64,000 nt of DNA from Synechococcus sp. Its GTDB lineage: Bacteria; Cyanobacteriota; Cyanobacteriia; Thermostichales; PCC-7336. The position numbers were made by a program, and so were the translations under genes. Shown here piece by piece: positions 36,417 through 47,774 of this stretch (position 1 is the first letter of the stretch; each line of letters starts with the position of its first letter). Below the pieces are notes generated by a model. It saw only the letters and a list, made by a program, of their open reading frames with translations, did no database searches and had not been told where the DNA came from. The stretch lies in the NCBI GenBank assembly GCA_051439605.1, contig JBFRWN010000070.1, positions 1 to 64,000 of the forward strand. The letters run 5' to 3'.

Positions 36417-37433
36417 TTAACTATTCGGGTTCTGCTCTGCCAATTCGCAGGTTTCTGGCTTCAGCTCCCGTTCCATCAAGGCTTCAACTGCTGCTTGGGG
36501 AGTATCTTTCCCGAGCAGCAATTTGTTTACTTGGCGGGTGATGGGCACCGAAATACCCTCTTGGCTAGCCAACTCCACCATGACAGCAGCAGTATTTACC
36601 CCCTCTGCAGTGCCCTCTAAGCTATCCAGAATTTGTGCCAAGGATTGACCGGTAGCTAGGTAATACCCCACCTGATAATTGCGACTCAGCATGCTACTGC
36701 AGGTGGCAAGTAGGTCTCCTAGCCCCGATAGCCCGCTAAAGGTTTCTGCTTGGGCACCAAAATGCACCCCAATGCGCAACATCTCGGCAAGACCCCGGGT
36801 AATCAAGGCTGATTTGGCGTTGGTGCCCAACTGGAGCCCGTCACAGACGCCAACGGCGATCGCCATGACATTTTTGAGGGTCCCCCCCAATTCAGTACCG
36901 ATGGGATCGGAGTTGGTGTAAACCCGAAAGCGATCGGAGGAAAACACCTTCTGTACAGCTGTTGCAGCTGAGGGGTGGCGACTGGCCGCTACAGTAGCAG
37001 CGGGCAATCCTCGATCGATCTCTTTAGACAAATTCGGGCCAGAGAGGACCACCACCGGATGATGGGGAAACGCCTGCTGCCATAACTGAGATGGGGTTTG
37101 TAGGGTGGCGGCATCGAGTCCTTTGGTAGCGGTAACAATCGTACAGCCAGCGGGCAAACCCACCCCCTGCAGCTGTGAAATTGTTGCCGAAACCCCTTTC
37201 ATTGAAATAGCCGATACCACCATGTCGGTATCAGCGACGGCATCAGCGATTGCCAGCTGCCCCTTCCGTGACCATACCCGGAGCTGGGTGACATTCTTGC
37301 GGGCTAATTGAGCTAAGGTGCTGCCCCAAGCACCTGCCCCTAAGACAGTCACAGTGGATGGAACGCGGATGAATGTAGTGTTCAAGCTAACCTCAAATGG
37401 CACGAACCAGAACTGGTAGTCAGCGACCCTCAA
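36417..37433 (-). CDS. gpsA: NAD(P)H-dependent glycerol-3-phosphate dehydrogenase
   Basis: VLGAGAWG, LSGPNLS, GTLKNVMAI and GDLLATCSSMLSRN. The start probably lies downstream of 37433. Confidence 0.95.
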   Translation of the reverse strand: MRVADYQFWFVPFEVSLNTTFIRVPSTVTVLGAGAWGSTLAQLARKNVTQLRVWSRKGQLAIADAVADTDMVVSAISMKGVSATISQLQGVGLPAGCTIVTATKGLDAATLQTPSQLWQQAFPHHPVVVLSGPNLSKEIDRGLPAATVAASRHPSAATAVQKVFSSDRFRVYTNSDPIGTELGGTLKNVMAIAVGVCDGLQLGTNAKSALITRGLAEMLRIGVHFGAQAETFSGLSGLGDLLATCSSMLSRNYQVGYYLATGQSLAQILDSLEGTAEGVNTAAVMVELASQEGISVPITRQVNKLLLGKDTPQAAVEALMERELKPETCELAEQNPNS

Positions 37434-37553
37434 GTTGCTTGGGACATCTCAGCTCCAGAAACCGAACTAGGCAAAGAAAGTATGTGTACTCCCAAATGAG
37501 AAGGTGACACCTGTCAATGTTTCTCCCCTTATTTATCATTTCAACCCTAACGG

Positions 37554-39149
37554 TTGAAGGGGTCCGTTCACAGCGATGAGGCGAGTATCATTGCTGGCAG
37601 GAAAAAAGCAACATTCGCTTTTTTGGCAGCGGGAATCGTGAGGCTCCAAAGAATGCTTGTTAAGTCTTGGCAGCGGCAGCTGGCGTTTTACGGAATCGGT
37701 CTCTGTTTGGGTGGATTTCTGATTGCGGTGCTAATTCAACCCAGCATTGCAATTTCCCGTTCAGCCTTTACTCACCCACCTGCAGCTCCAGCCGATCTGA
37801 CCGCTCAAGTGGAGGGTCTGACTCCAGCTCCCCCTGCGGAGGCTGAGAACCCTCCTTCTGAAGACAACCCTTCCCCCATTGACTCAGTCCCCGCCATTAT
37901 CGAAGCAGGGCCTGAATTTTCTGAGGTAGAGGCTGAAGAAGCACTCACACTCTGGCAAACCGTTCGCGATCGCGTACAAAATTTTGTGCGCACGAGCTGG
38001 AAACGCTGGTTGGTGGCACTGCTAGCGACTGGAGTGTTGGCACTCCTAATTTGGTTGCTTGGGCTGGTCTTTCCACAAATCAACAAGCACGTCCAACGCA
38101 TTGGCGGTCGCTATATCCGGCCTTTGAAATTACAAAATCTGGAAATTCTGTCGACCCAACAGATTTCGGGGTTTCTACAGGCATTTGTTTCATTCCTACA
38201 GGGGCCGATTGTCATTGGCCTGATCGCAATCTACGGCCTGACAATCCTGCGCATTTTTCCCATCACAAAAAAAATCTCGATTGTTCTATCTGGATATATC
38301 CTACAAATCGTCTTTTTGGCCTGGGGTAGCTTTTTGAATTATCTGCCTAATATTGTTTACATCGCGATCGTTATCCTCTTACTCAGATTCTTCAACCGTT
38401 GCTCGCGATTTATCTTTAAAAATATAGAGCAAGACAATGTTTCTTTTCCAGGGTTTTACCGCGAATGGGCCAGGCCTACCCAACAAATTATCCGCTTCAT
38501 TGCCTTTATTTTCGCTCTAGCGGTAATTTTTCCTTTGTTGCCCGGATCGAGCTCTCCCGCCTTTCAGGGCATTTCCATCGTTGTAGGTTTGCTGGTTTCG
38601 TTGGGATCGACTGCTGCTGTAGCCAATATCATGGCTGGATTGGCTTTAACCTACACGCGAGCATTTAGAGTGGGCGATCGCGTCAGCATTGGTGACATCA
38701 CGGGAGATGTGCTGGAAAAATCTATTATGGTAACCCGGTTAAAAACGGCCAAGAAAGAGAATATCACCATCCCAAACTCCACCGTTTTAGATAGCAAAAT
38801 CACCAATTTCAGTGCGTCGGTAGCCAAGGGTGGCTTGATTCTCCACGTATCTATCAGCATTGGCTACGAAGTCCCTTGGGAAAAAATTCACGAGCTGATG
38901 TTAGCGGCGGCAGCAATGACCGAGAACGTACTGACCGATCCCGCACCCTTTGTATTGCAAACGAAATTAGATGACTTTTATGTAGTCTACGAATTGAATG
39001 CCCACACCAATATCCCTAAGCTAATTCCGATCACCTACTCAAAGCTATACCAAAATTTGTTAGTGACGTTTCGTGAGGGAGGAGTTGATATCACCTCCCC
39101 CCATTATTCGTTTTTGGTGGGGGGAGCGATGTCTCCTTCAGAAAACTAG
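37554..39149 (+). CDS. MscS-family mechanosensitive ion channel
   Basis: ANIMAGL..RAFRVGDRVSIGDITGDV..ITIPNS and a C-terminal MscS domain. Start is uncertain. Confidence 0.9.
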   Translation: MKGSVHSDEASIIAGRKKATFAFLAAGIVRLQRMLVKSWQRQLAFYGIGLCLGGFLIAVLIQPSIAISRSAFTHPPAAPADLTAQVEGLTPAPPAEAENPPSEDNPSPIDSVPAIIEAGPEFSEVEAEEALTLWQTVRDRVQNFVRTSWKRWLVALLATGVLALLIWLLGLVFPQINKHVQRIGGRYIRPLKLQNLEILSTQQISGFLQAFVSFLQGPIVIGLIAIYGLTILRIFPITKKISIVLSGYILQIVFLAWGSFLNYLPNIVYIAIVILLLRFFNRCSRFIFKNIEQDNVSFPGFYREWARPTQQIIRFIAFIFALAVIFPLLPGSSSPAFQGISIVVGLLVSLGSTAAVANIMAGLALTYTRAFRVGDRVSIGDITGDVLEKSIMVTRLKTAKKENITIPNSTVLDSKITNFSASVAKGGLILHVSISIGYEVPWEKIHELMLAAAAMTENVLTDPAPFVLQTKLDDFYVVYELNAHTNIPKLIPITYSKLYQNLLVTFREGGVDITSPHYSFLVGGAMSPSEN

Positions 39150-39301
39150 CAGTACGAACTGAAATGGCCACAGCTGTCAATTGGCAGTTTGTATTGGTGA
39201 GTAAAACAATATTTGCGTAAACTGGCCTGGGAAAATGTCAGGATAGAGGCTGGCTATTTTCAATCTAGTCTTCCCTGCACGTATCGGTTCAGGCTGCTCA
39301 A

Positions 39302-41308
39302 TTGCCCCGCAAACGCTCTTCCACCCCAAAGTCTCAACGACGCACATCTCTGTTGACCGACCTGCTAGCCGCTTGCCCGCAGGTCAGATCCCAGATGTAT
39401 TTCAAATCCTCCCTGGTGGCCCTCAGCCACGCACTGGAAGATTTGGTGCTGTTTGAGGCCCAACAGGCTATTGTGCTGGCCAATTTTCAACGGGAGCGAT
39501 TTTATCGTCAGGAGGCGGCCCGTTACTTACGCATTCACGATGTGGCCCGTCATGTGTACGTGTTGGCTGCCCCTGAAACCGGCTTTCACGCGGATGAAGT
39601 GCCCTACGAACGGGTGGCACTCGATTTGGACGACCCGCTAGCCAACGAATGGCACCTGATTGTGGTCAGTCGCCAATATGCCGCTTGTTTGGTGTGCGCA
39701 GAAAAGCCCACCCAGGTACAAATGGATGCCATGCGCCAGTTTGAGGGCTATTGGACGTTCGAACCGGACGTGACGATCGCCTCGGCAAAGCTACTACTGG
39801 GGAAAGTTGCCACCTATCGGCCGGAGCTATCGGATAAACTGGCAGCTCAAATAGCTGAGTTGGACGAAATTGGAGAGCAGCTCATCTCCAGTCCCCATCG
39901 CCGCGATCCCTTCTCAGAGCGGCTGATGACCTATTTGCAGGCGGGACAGTACAAGCTGCAACGGGCCTACCGCGCGATCGAGAAACAAGAGCAACGGGAG
40001 CGACTGCTCAACCGCATTGTCATGACGATACGACGCTCCCTCGATCCCGCCAAAATTTTTGAGATCGCCGTTCGCGAATTAGGAGAGGGATTAAAGGCTT
40101 GCCGCTGCATCTTATACCGCTGCAGCGATCTTCAATCTGATGGCGAGAGCTCGGCCGATCGAGCAGAGACTGGCAACGAACGCGACTTTGCTAAAACCAA
40201 CGACTCCGTTATTGAAATATCTACCGAGTTCCTCCAGGAGGGGGTAAGCAGTCTATTGGGACAAAAGCTATCCCTATCGGACAATCCCCTGTTGGCAAGC
40301 GCCCTGCGCAATGGCGAGGCAGTACAGCTCAACGAAGGTCTGATAGAGGGGCTACAGCCCCCAATACAAGCCCTGTGGCAAGAGTGGGGCATCACCACCT
40401 GGTTAGCGGTACCCATTGTGTACAAGGGGCGGTTGCTGGGGGGCATCGAACTGCACCGATGTGGGTCATCAGATGAACGGCGATCGCGCAACGATTGGGT
40501 TGAAGCGGATATCGAGCTGGTCAAAACCGTTGCGGTGCAAATTGGTGTGGCTCTCATTCAAGCAGAAACTTACGAAAATCTGACAAAACTGAACCAGCAA
40601 CTGGAGAACCTCGATCGCGCCAAAAGCGACTTGATTGCGGTAACTGGTCACGAATTGCGCACCCCCCTGTCCACCATCCAAGTGTGTTTGGAATCGCTGG
40701 CCAGCGAGCCAGATATGGAACCTGAAATTCGACAGGTTATGCTGGACACCGCCATCCAAGATGCGGAACGCTTGCGCAATCTCGTGCAGGATTTCTTAAC
40801 TCTGTCCCGGTTAGAGAGCGGACGGGTGGAATGGCATATGGAACCTCTTCCCCCTCGCGAATGCGTGGATTTGGCCCTGAGTAGTTTTGTCCAGCAAGAG
40901 GGTTCGCCGGATATAGCGGTTGAAGCGTCTGAAAAATTGCCCCTGGTATCCGCGGATGGGGAATGGTTGGTGGAAGTATTGCGCAAGCTGTTGGACAACG
41001 CCTGTAAGTTCAGCACCAAGGAAGGTCAGGTGCGAGTGGAGGTAGAACCTCGGGGGGAGAAAGAGGTGATGTTCACCGTCGCGGATACCGGTCGCGGGAT
41101 TGAATCCGATCGCCTGCAGCAAATTTTCGAACGATTTTATCAAGCAGAACGTTCCCTGCGGCGGACCGTAGGAGGAACGGGGTTGGGCTTAGCCATCAGT
41201 CGTCAAATCGTTGAAGCCATGGGGGGACAAATTTGGGCGGAATCCGGTGGCCCCAATCGGGGCAGTGCGTTTCATTTTACTGTCCCCATTGCTTCGGCTG
41301 CGGCCTAA
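39302..41308 (+). CDS. DICT-GAF histidine kinase (Hik2/CSK-like)
   Basis: YFKSSLVALSHALED and ANFQRERFY (DICT), a GAF domain, TGHELRTPLSTIQVCLESL, LLDNACKF and GGTGLGL. Confidence 0.9.
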   Translation: MPRKRSSTPKSQRRTSLLTDLLAACPQVRSQMYFKSSLVALSHALEDLVLFEAQQAIVLANFQRERFYRQEAARYLRIHDVARHVYVLAAPETGFHADEVPYERVALDLDDPLANEWHLIVVSRQYAACLVCAEKPTQVQMDAMRQFEGYWTFEPDVTIASAKLLLGKVATYRPELSDKLAAQIAELDEIGEQLISSPHRRDPFSERLMTYLQAGQYKLQRAYRAIEKQEQRERLLNRIVMTIRRSLDPAKIFEIAVRELGEGLKACRCILYRCSDLQSDGESSADRAETGNERDFAKTNDSVIEISTEFLQEGVSSLLGQKLSLSDNPLLASALRNGEAVQLNEGLIEGLQPPIQALWQEWGITTWLAVPIVYKGRLLGGIELHRCGSSDERRSRNDWVEADIELVKTVAVQIGVALIQAETYENLTKLNQQLENLDRAKSDLIAVTGHELRTPLSTIQVCLESLASEPDMEPEIRQVMLDTAIQDAERLRNLVQDFLTLSRLESGRVEWHMEPLPPRECVDLALSSFVQQEGSPDIAVEASEKLPLVSADGEWLVEVLRKLLDNACKFSTKEGQVRVEVEPRGEKEVMFTVADTGRGIESDRLQQIFERFYQAERSLRRTVGGTGLGLAISRQIVEAMGGQIWAESGGPNRGSAFHFTVPIASAAA

Positions 41309-41470
41309 ACAACTACAAAATAATGCGAACAGGACGGATCGAGCCCCAGCTTAGGGTTCGGAGCCGAAAAAAATATCCTTAGAGATTTGAGGGTCTTTGC
41401 TACCACAAACTGCTTGATGTCAGGAGCAAAGATTGTCATCATGGATACCTAAACTGACTACCCCTGCAAG

Positions 41471-42706
41471 ATGGTTCCACCATACTCTTCGGAACCGGCA
41501 GTTATTCCCGCCCCCGCTGCAGTCTGTCGCGGCTGGGGAATAACTGCCGACCGCGCCACCGATATTGCCCGATTGGCCCACCGCAACGGAGGTCCTGTCC
41601 GCATTTTTGGGATTGGCGGCAGCCACACTTTACCGTTGGTGCAATCCATTCTTGTCCCCGCCTTCGATCGGATCTCCAGCACGGTACAACCCGACGAATT
41701 AGAATTTAGCGAACTAGAGGTAGGTAAACAAGGGGAAAGTAAGGTTACCAGTCATTGGAGCACCTACGGTGTCGACTGTGCGGAACCCGAACTCGAACGA
41801 TTGCGCAGCGAAGCAAAAGCATTTTCTGCCACTGTCATTGTGGGGATTGGCGGAGGAAAGGCGATCGACACCGCTAAGCTGATTGCCCATCAGCTGAAAC
41901 TACCCATTGCCACTATCCCCACCTCTGCAGCCACCTGCGCCGCCTGGACGGCCCTTTCGAATGTCTACTCCGAAACAGGGGCGTTTCAGTACGATGTGCC
42001 ACTCGATCGCGCTCCAGATTTGCTGATTCTGGATTACGAGCTTGTGCGTGGCGCCCCACTGCACACCCTGAAGGCGGGGATTGGGGACGCGTTGGCCAAG
42101 TGGTACGAAGCCTCTGTCAGCAGCAGCGGTTCCGAGGACACCCTCACCATCGCTGCTGTACAGCAAGCCAGGGTACTGCGAGATTTACTGTTGCAGAGGT
42201 CGGAGGAAGCAATCGCCAACCCCTGCAGTACTGCTTGGGTACAGGTGGTGGATGCCTCTGTCTGCCTTGCCGGAGTCATGGGGGGACTGGGGGGGGCAAA
42301 ATGCCGTACCGTAGCCGCCCATGCCGTTCATAACGGCCTTACACATCTAATGGGCCATAAATCTCAACTGCACGGGGCTAAGGTGGCCTTTGGCATTTTG
42401 GTGCAATTGCGGCTAGAAGAAATCTTGCAGGATCGGCAACTAGCCGCCACCGCTCGCCAACAATTGCTGAAGTTTTACAACACCATCGGCTTGCCTACCT
42501 CCCTAGAGGAGTTAGCGATCTCCGCCTTAGGCAGTGATAGTCCTGTGAACCAGACCTTGGAGGTGGCGGCTCAAGTGGCCTGTGCCCCCACCTCCGACAT
42601 TCACAATCTGCCATTTGCCGTCACCCCCGAGGCGCTAATGGTGGCCATGACCACAACGCGGCTTTCGGCTGCCACAGCCGATCGCTCGGTAATGTCTGCC
42701 CCCTAG
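41471..42706 (+). CDS. Iron-containing alcohol dehydrogenase / glycerol dehydrogenase family
   Basis: GIGGGKAIDTAK, PTSAATCA, GIGDALAKWYE, AHAVHNGLT and HGAKVAFG. Confidence 0.9.
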   Translation: MVPPYSSEPAVIPAPAAVCRGWGITADRATDIARLAHRNGGPVRIFGIGGSHTLPLVQSILVPAFDRISSTVQPDELEFSELEVGKQGESKVTSHWSTYGVDCAEPELERLRSEAKAFSATVIVGIGGGKAIDTAKLIAHQLKLPIATIPTSAATCAAWTALSNVYSETGAFQYDVPLDRAPDLLILDYELVRGAPLHTLKAGIGDALAKWYEASVSSSGSEDTLTIAAVQQARVLRDLLLQRSEEAIANPCSTAWVQVVDASVCLAGVMGGLGGAKCRTVAAHAVHNGLTHLMGHKSQLHGAKVAFGILVQLRLEEILQDRQLAATARQQLLKFYNTIGLPTSLEELAISALGSDSPVNQTLEVAAQVACAPTSDIHNLPFAVTPEALMVAMTTTRLSAATADRSVMSAP

Positions 42707-42722
42707 TCCACCCGCGATCGCC

Positions 42723-43928
42723 ATGACCCACCTGTTTACCCCAGCCCAGCGCCTCGATAAATTGCCCCCCTACGTGTTTGCCCGTTTGGACGAACTGAAG
42801 GCCCGCACCCGCGAGCAGGGGCTTGACCTGATTGACTTGGGGATGGGGAACCCGGATGGTGCTACCCCCGCCGGAGTGGTGGAGGCAGCCCAAGAGGCGA
42901 TCGCCGATGCCAGCAACCACGGCTATCCTCCGTTCGAAGGCACCAGCAATTTTCGTGCTGCTATCTCTGACTGGTACTTCCGCCGCTATGGGGTGAAGTT
43001 GGACCCCAACGGCGAGGCACTGCCGTTATTGGGTTCAAAGGAAGGACTTACTCACCTGGCGCTGGCCTACGTCGATCCGGGAGACATTGTTCTCGTGCCC
43101 AGTCCAGCCTATCCCGCCCACTTTCGCGGCCCTTTGATTGCCGGTGGAACCGTATACCCGATGGTGATGCGCCCGGAGAACGATTGGCTGATTGACCTGA
43201 ACGAGATTCCCCCCGAGGTGGCCCGCAAGGCCAAAGTGCTGTATTTCAACTACCCCAACAATCCCACGTCGGCGGTAGCTCCTCGCTCTTTCTTTGAAGA
43301 GATTGTCGAGTTTGCCCACGAATACAACATTTTGTTGGTTCACGATCTTTGCTATGCCGAATTGGCCTTTGATGGTTTTCAGCCCACTAGCCTGTTAGAA
43401 ATTCCTGGGGCTAGAGATCTGGGTGTGGAGTTCCATACCTTGTCAAAGACCTACAACATGGCCGGATGGAGGGTGGGCTTTGTGGTAGGCAACCGCGACA
43501 TTATCCAGAGCCTGCGTACCCTCAAAACGAATTTAGACTACGGTATTTTTGCTGCCATCCAAACTGCGGCTGAAACCGCCCTCAAATTGCCGGACTCCCA
43601 CTTGGCGGAAGTTCAGGCCCGTTATAGCCAGCGGCGAGACTTCCTGATTTGCGAGTTGGGCAAGCTGGGCTGGGATATCCCTCCTTCTCGCGCCACGATG
43701 TATTTGTGGATTCCCACCCCTCGCACCGCCAGCGGTGAAGCAGAGAACTCTACGGAGTTTGCCCTACGGGTGTTGGAAACAACTGGGGTGGTATTCACTC
43801 CCGGAAGTGCCTTTGGGAATGGCGGGGAAGGATTTGTTCGCATTAGTTTGATTGCCGATTGCGATCGCTTGGGGGAAGCTGTACAGCGGCTGGCGGAAGC
43901 GGGGATCCGTTTCAATCCTGTTGAATGA
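42723..43928 (+). CDS. PLP-dependent class I aminotransferase (LL-DAP/aspartate aminotransferase-like)
   Basis: IDLGMGNPD, NYPNNPT, HDLCYAE and TLSKTYNMAGWRVG. Confidence 0.92.
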   Translation: MTHLFTPAQRLDKLPPYVFARLDELKARTREQGLDLIDLGMGNPDGATPAGVVEAAQEAIADASNHGYPPFEGTSNFRAAISDWYFRRYGVKLDPNGEALPLLGSKEGLTHLALAYVDPGDIVLVPSPAYPAHFRGPLIAGGTVYPMVMRPENDWLIDLNEIPPEVARKAKVLYFNYPNNPTSAVAPRSFFEEIVEFAHEYNILLVHDLCYAELAFDGFQPTSLLEIPGARDLGVEFHTLSKTYNMAGWRVGFVVGNRDIIQSLRTLKTNLDYGIFAAIQTAAETALKLPDSHLAEVQARYSQRRDFLICELGKLGWDIPPSRATMYLWIPTPRTASGEAENSTEFALRVLETTGVVFTPGSAFGNGGEGFVRISLIADCDRLGEAVQRLAEAGIRFNPVE

Positions 43929-43978
43929 GAGATGAATTGTCATGGATGTTTCGACCGATAAAATTCATCTCCTTTCTG

Positions 43979-45670
43979 CTAACGCAAGTGCAAGCGGAGT
44001 GAACCTTCGCGAGCGGGAGATTCACGATACTTTTCGGTTTGAGCGAGTTCGAATGTTAGCTCCAGACGCTCTGTCAGGGGAGCCGAAATCCCAAGTCCTA
44101 CGCGAAATGATTCGGGAATTTGACCGTCCTGCAGGCGGTAGGTTGTAAAAAGGTTTGTATCGATCTTGTTGTTAAACCACTGCTGAGCGTATGAAGCTGA
44201 TAGCGTCAGGCGGGAGTTATCGAGGGGATTGTTTTCATCAACTGCCAAGAATTTTGCCCCCCGGTAGGTAGCGCTCAGGTTCAAGGAACTGGCTGGAATC
44301 GGAAGGTTCGGACGGAACTGAAAATCGGCTGCAAATCCAGAATCTGCCACAGCAGCCTGGCTCGCTGCAATCCCCCAATCCAGTTCGCCCGCAAGAGTGG
44401 TCCAAGTGACCCCTGTTCCGAAAACTTGTTGCCGAGTTATGCCTTGCAAATATGTCTTTGCCGCAAGAGTATCGCTGGCATTCCAACTTTTTGAAAGGGA
44501 AAGAACCAATCGTTCTTCAAGCTTTTCAGAGTCTTCCCAGGCAGGACCCGGTGGCAATACTCCAATCGCATAGGCGTACTCTCCCGTAGGGGCGGTTGGC
44601 TTGCTCGATGGGGTCGACAAGCCTGAATTATCTAGGAGGTCCGACAACTCTGGGAGATCGAGTGAATCGGCAGGAACATCTTTCGCATTATGGATTTCCA
44701 TTGATTGGAGTGGAGTGCTTTCTGCCGAAATGTCGAGTTGGAAAGCTGGCGGCCTGCTGGAAGTGCCAGATTTAGCTTGCAAACCCAGCAGAGCAATCGG
44801 CTTTTGATAGCCAGTGTTGGATACGAAGAACTCGCCAAATGTATAAGTGGTAGAGTGCTCGAGGTCAGTACGGACGACCTGCAAGTGATTGCGCTGCCAG
44901 GGAACTCCGGTCCCCTCCTGCAACGATCCGCCTGCCTTTAGTTCCCACCCTTCCGCCAAACGGAGACGACCGTTCACTGAGAGCCAATTGGGATCGCGAT
45001 CTAATGTCCAGCCACTATCGTTTGCCGAGACTTGCAACGATCCAGAGGATTCCAGTCGGGCGGCAATCGTACCCTTGGCGATCGCGCTTGCCGATTCTGC
45101 GCGCGGTCGATCTCCTGCCTGAAGGTAAAGTTCCAAGAATTCCTGACTGAATGTAACCTTCACTCCTTGTTGCTGCAAGTCGTCTAGAGCCAAAAAGCCG
45201 CTGCGAGCCTGCGCGATTTGGGTGAGGCGGGCTGAGATATCCGATGGCAATCTACCGTTTAGTACATCCAGCAGCTGGGAAAGAAGGAACTCCACCTGCT
45301 GGGGTGAGCCTGCCAGCAGCAATACAGAGAGGGTGCCCTGCTGCGTTCCATTTACAAAAACTCGGACAGTTGCCGATTGGGGCACCGAACGATTGTAAGG
45401 ATCGACGGCAGGTGTTTCCAAACTAGGCGACGCAGATACACTCTCTGCATGGGACTTTGCCGACGTAGAGAAATACGGAGAACGTGTTTCAAAAGAGGAT
45501 AGCAGCGCACCATGCTCGGGTGACTGGGACTGGGTTTGAGCGAATGTAGGTAGCGCTACGATCGACACAGTATGGGCGATCGTCCATAAACCCGTTCGTA
45601 TCCCTTTCTGAATTAATCGTTGTGCCCGTTGTAGAGAAAGCGCAACCACGTTCTTTCCCCCGCATTTCAA
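43979..45670 (-). CDS. Outer-membrane fimbrial usher-like protein, shortened
   Basis: Signal peptide, an N-domain VRVFVNGTQQG..GVKVTFSQEFLELYL, and alternating beta-strand patterns to the C-terminus. Confidence 0.55.
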   Translation of the reverse strand: MKCGGKNVVALSLQRAQRLIQKGIRTGLWTIAHTVSIVALPTFAQTQSQSPEHGALLSSFETRSPYFSTSAKSHAESVSASPSLETPAVDPYNRSVPQSATVRVFVNGTQQGTLSVLLLAGSPQQVEFLLSQLLDVLNGRLPSDISARLTQIAQARSGFLALDDLQQQGVKVTFSQEFLELYLQAGDRPRAESASAIAKGTIAARLESSGSLQVSANDSGWTLDRDPNWLSVNGRLRLAEGWELKAGGSLQEGTGVPWQRNHLQVVRTDLEHSTTYTFGEFFVSNTGYQKPIALLGLQAKSGTSSRPPAFQLDISAESTPLQSMEIHNAKDVPADSLDLPELSDLLDNSGLSTPSSKPTAPTGEYAYAIGVLPPGPAWEDSEKLEERLVLSLSKSWNASDTLAAKTYLQGITRQQVFGTGVTWTTLAGELDWGIAASQAAVADSGFAADFQFRPNLPIPASSLNLSATYRGAKFLAVDENNPLDNSRLTLSASYAQQWFNNKIDTNLFTTYRLQDGQIPESFRVGLGISAPLTERLELTFELAQTEKYRESPAREGSLRLHLR

Positions 45671-45905
45671 TTACAACTTACCCACAGTCACTCCCACCTC
45701 TACATGCAAAGATATCGAGCTTTTAGGCTAAAGACGATGGGGTATGCAACATTTTGGAGAGAGACTGAAATTGTGCTCAAAGCAAAGTCAACGAGGTGGT
45801 CAGCCAAGCTTCAGTAGGATGTTTGCAACACAGTGTGCTATGTGTGCTTTTGAACCAGACCGACACAATTAGTTAAAGTAGAGGTCCAAACCTCTTGTCT
45901 ATCCC

Positions 45906-46874
45906 GTGTTTGCTTCCACTCTTACCCCCCCAGCTACTCCCCCAATTCCCCAAGACTTGTTTGCGGCGATCGCCGATCTCAAGCGGGAACTCAACGCGGT
46001 AATTCTGGCTCATTACTATCAGGAGTCAGACATCCAGGATATTGCGGACTATATCGGAGATTCTTTGGGGCTCTCGCGGCAGGCGGCTAGCACCGATGCG
46101 GAAGTCATCGTATTTGCTGGAGTTCATTTCATGGCGGAAACCGCCAAGATTTTGAATCCCGATAAGCTGGTTCTCCTACCCGATTTAGAGGCGGGATGTT
46201 CGCTAGCTGACAGCTGTCCCCCTACAGCCTTTGCAAAATTTAAGGCAGCCCACCCCGGTCACATTGTTATTTCGTACATCAACTGCACGGCAGAAATAAA
46301 GGCCCTGAGCGACATCATTTGCACCAGCTCTAATGCCGTCAAAATTGTCCAGCAAATACCGGAAGACCAGCCCATTATCTTTGCCCCCGATCGCAACTTA
46401 GGCCGCTACGTGTCCGAACAAACGGGGCGCGATTTAGTGTTGTGGGATGGCAGCTGCATCGTGCACGAAACGTTCTCAGAAAAGAAGATCGTGCGGCTGC
46501 AGGTGGAGCATCCGGAAGCAGAGACCCTGGCGCATCCTGAATGTGAAGCCCCTGTATTGCAACTGGCAGATTATATCGGTTCCACCACTGCCCTGCTGAA
46601 CTATTGCCAAGCCAGCAGTGCCCCAGAGTTTATCGTGGCCACTGAGCCCGGCATCATCCACCAAATGGAGAAGCGGGTGCCCCACAAGCGCTTTATCCCA
46701 GCTCCCCCTCAGAACGAGACCTGTGCCTGTAACGAATGTCCCTACATGCGTCTCAATACGTTGGAAAAATTGTACCTGTGCATGAAGAATCGCGCCCCAG
46801 AAGTGGATGTACCGGAACCCGTGCGATCGCGAGCGCTCAAACCCATACAGCGCATGCTGCAAATGAGCGTTTAA
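45906..46874 (+). CDS. nadA: Quinolinate synthase
   Basis: [38 protein letters not shown] and CPYMRLNT. Confidence 0.97.
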   Translation: MFASTLTPPATPPIPQDLFAAIADLKRELNAVILAHYYQESDIQDIADYIGDSLGLSRQAASTDAEVIVFAGVHFMAETAKILNPDKLVLLPDLEAGCSLADSCPPTAFAKFKAAHPGHIVISYINCTAEIKALSDIICTSSNAVKIVQQIPEDQPIIFAPDRNLGRYVSEQTGRDLVLWDGSCIVHETFSEKKIVRLQVEHPEAETLAHPECEAPVLQLADYIGSTTALLNYCQASSAPEFIVATEPGIIHQMEKRVPHKRFIPAPPQNETCACNECPYMRLNTLEKLYLCMKNRAPEVDVPEPVRSRALKPIQRMLQMSV

Positions 46875-47060
46875 ACCCAGTGGGTCAATCCATGGGATGG
46901 CTGCAGTCCGATCCGCTGCCCGTAGCAACACCCTAAAGAATGGACAGCTACGAAGCCGCTGGTGTGCTTCTCCGCAATTCAATCTCCGCGATCGCTCCCC
47001 GCAGGATTCGCGACCAAACAGCTAGGGTGGAGACACAGCCCTGTTGGAGATTATCCGAGC

Positions 47061-47759
47061 ATGCGTCACTCCTACCTACTACCACTGGCGGCAATCGCCC
47101 TTGTGTTGGGGGCTTGTTCGTCAGATGTCAGTCAGTTGGAAAAAACAGGCAGCTGCCCCGGCTGTAGTCTCAATCGGTCGACTTTTCAGGGTCGCGATCT
47201 AAGCCGCGCCAACCTCATCGATGCCCAGCTCAATCGAGCTAAATTACAGGCAGCAGATCTGAGCGAATCGCGCCTGCGCAATGCCAGTCTGAGCCGCGCC
47301 AATCTCAACTACGCCATCCTTACCCGCGCCCAACTGCAGGGGGCGGACTTGAGCAATGCTACTTTCAAGGGCGCTGACCTACGGTTTGCGGATCTCTCTA
47401 GAGCTAATTTGACTGGAGCGGATCTGCGGGAGGTGGACTGGGGACAAAACGACTTGCAGGAAACGATTGCAGACAACTTACCTCTGTGGAAGGAACTACT
47501 GCAGGAGGCCGTGACAGAAGAAGCGAATATAGAAGAATTTGAGGAAATGAGCCCACAGGAGATGCTAGAGCTTGAGGGGGAGGAGTTGGCCAAAGTCCTA
47601 GCCATCACAGCATTGGTGCAAGGGACAGATATGGCCAGCGAACACCTGCAGGATGCCCTCTCTAGTACCCCAAACCTTCGCAATGCTATCTACGACAGTT
47701 CCACCCGCTTTCCTGAGGGATTTGACCCCGAATCAGCTCAAATGCGGTTGGTTGAATAA
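47061..47759 (+). CDS. Pentapeptide repeat lipoprotein
   Basis: Lipobox LGAC, CPGC, pentapeptide repeats and an acidic helical insert. Confidence 0.85.
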   Translation: MRHSYLLPLAAIALVLGACSSDVSQLEKTGSCPGCSLNRSTFQGRDLSRANLIDAQLNRAKLQAADLSESRLRNASLSRANLNYAILTRAQLQGADLSNATFKGADLRFADLSRANLTGADLREVDWGQNDLQETIADNLPLWKELLQEAVTEEANIEEFEEMSPQEMLELEGEELAKVLAITALVQGTDMASEHLQDALSSTPNLRNAIYDSSTRFPEGFDPESAQMRLVE

Positions 47760-47774
47760 TGGCGCCCCCTCGAC

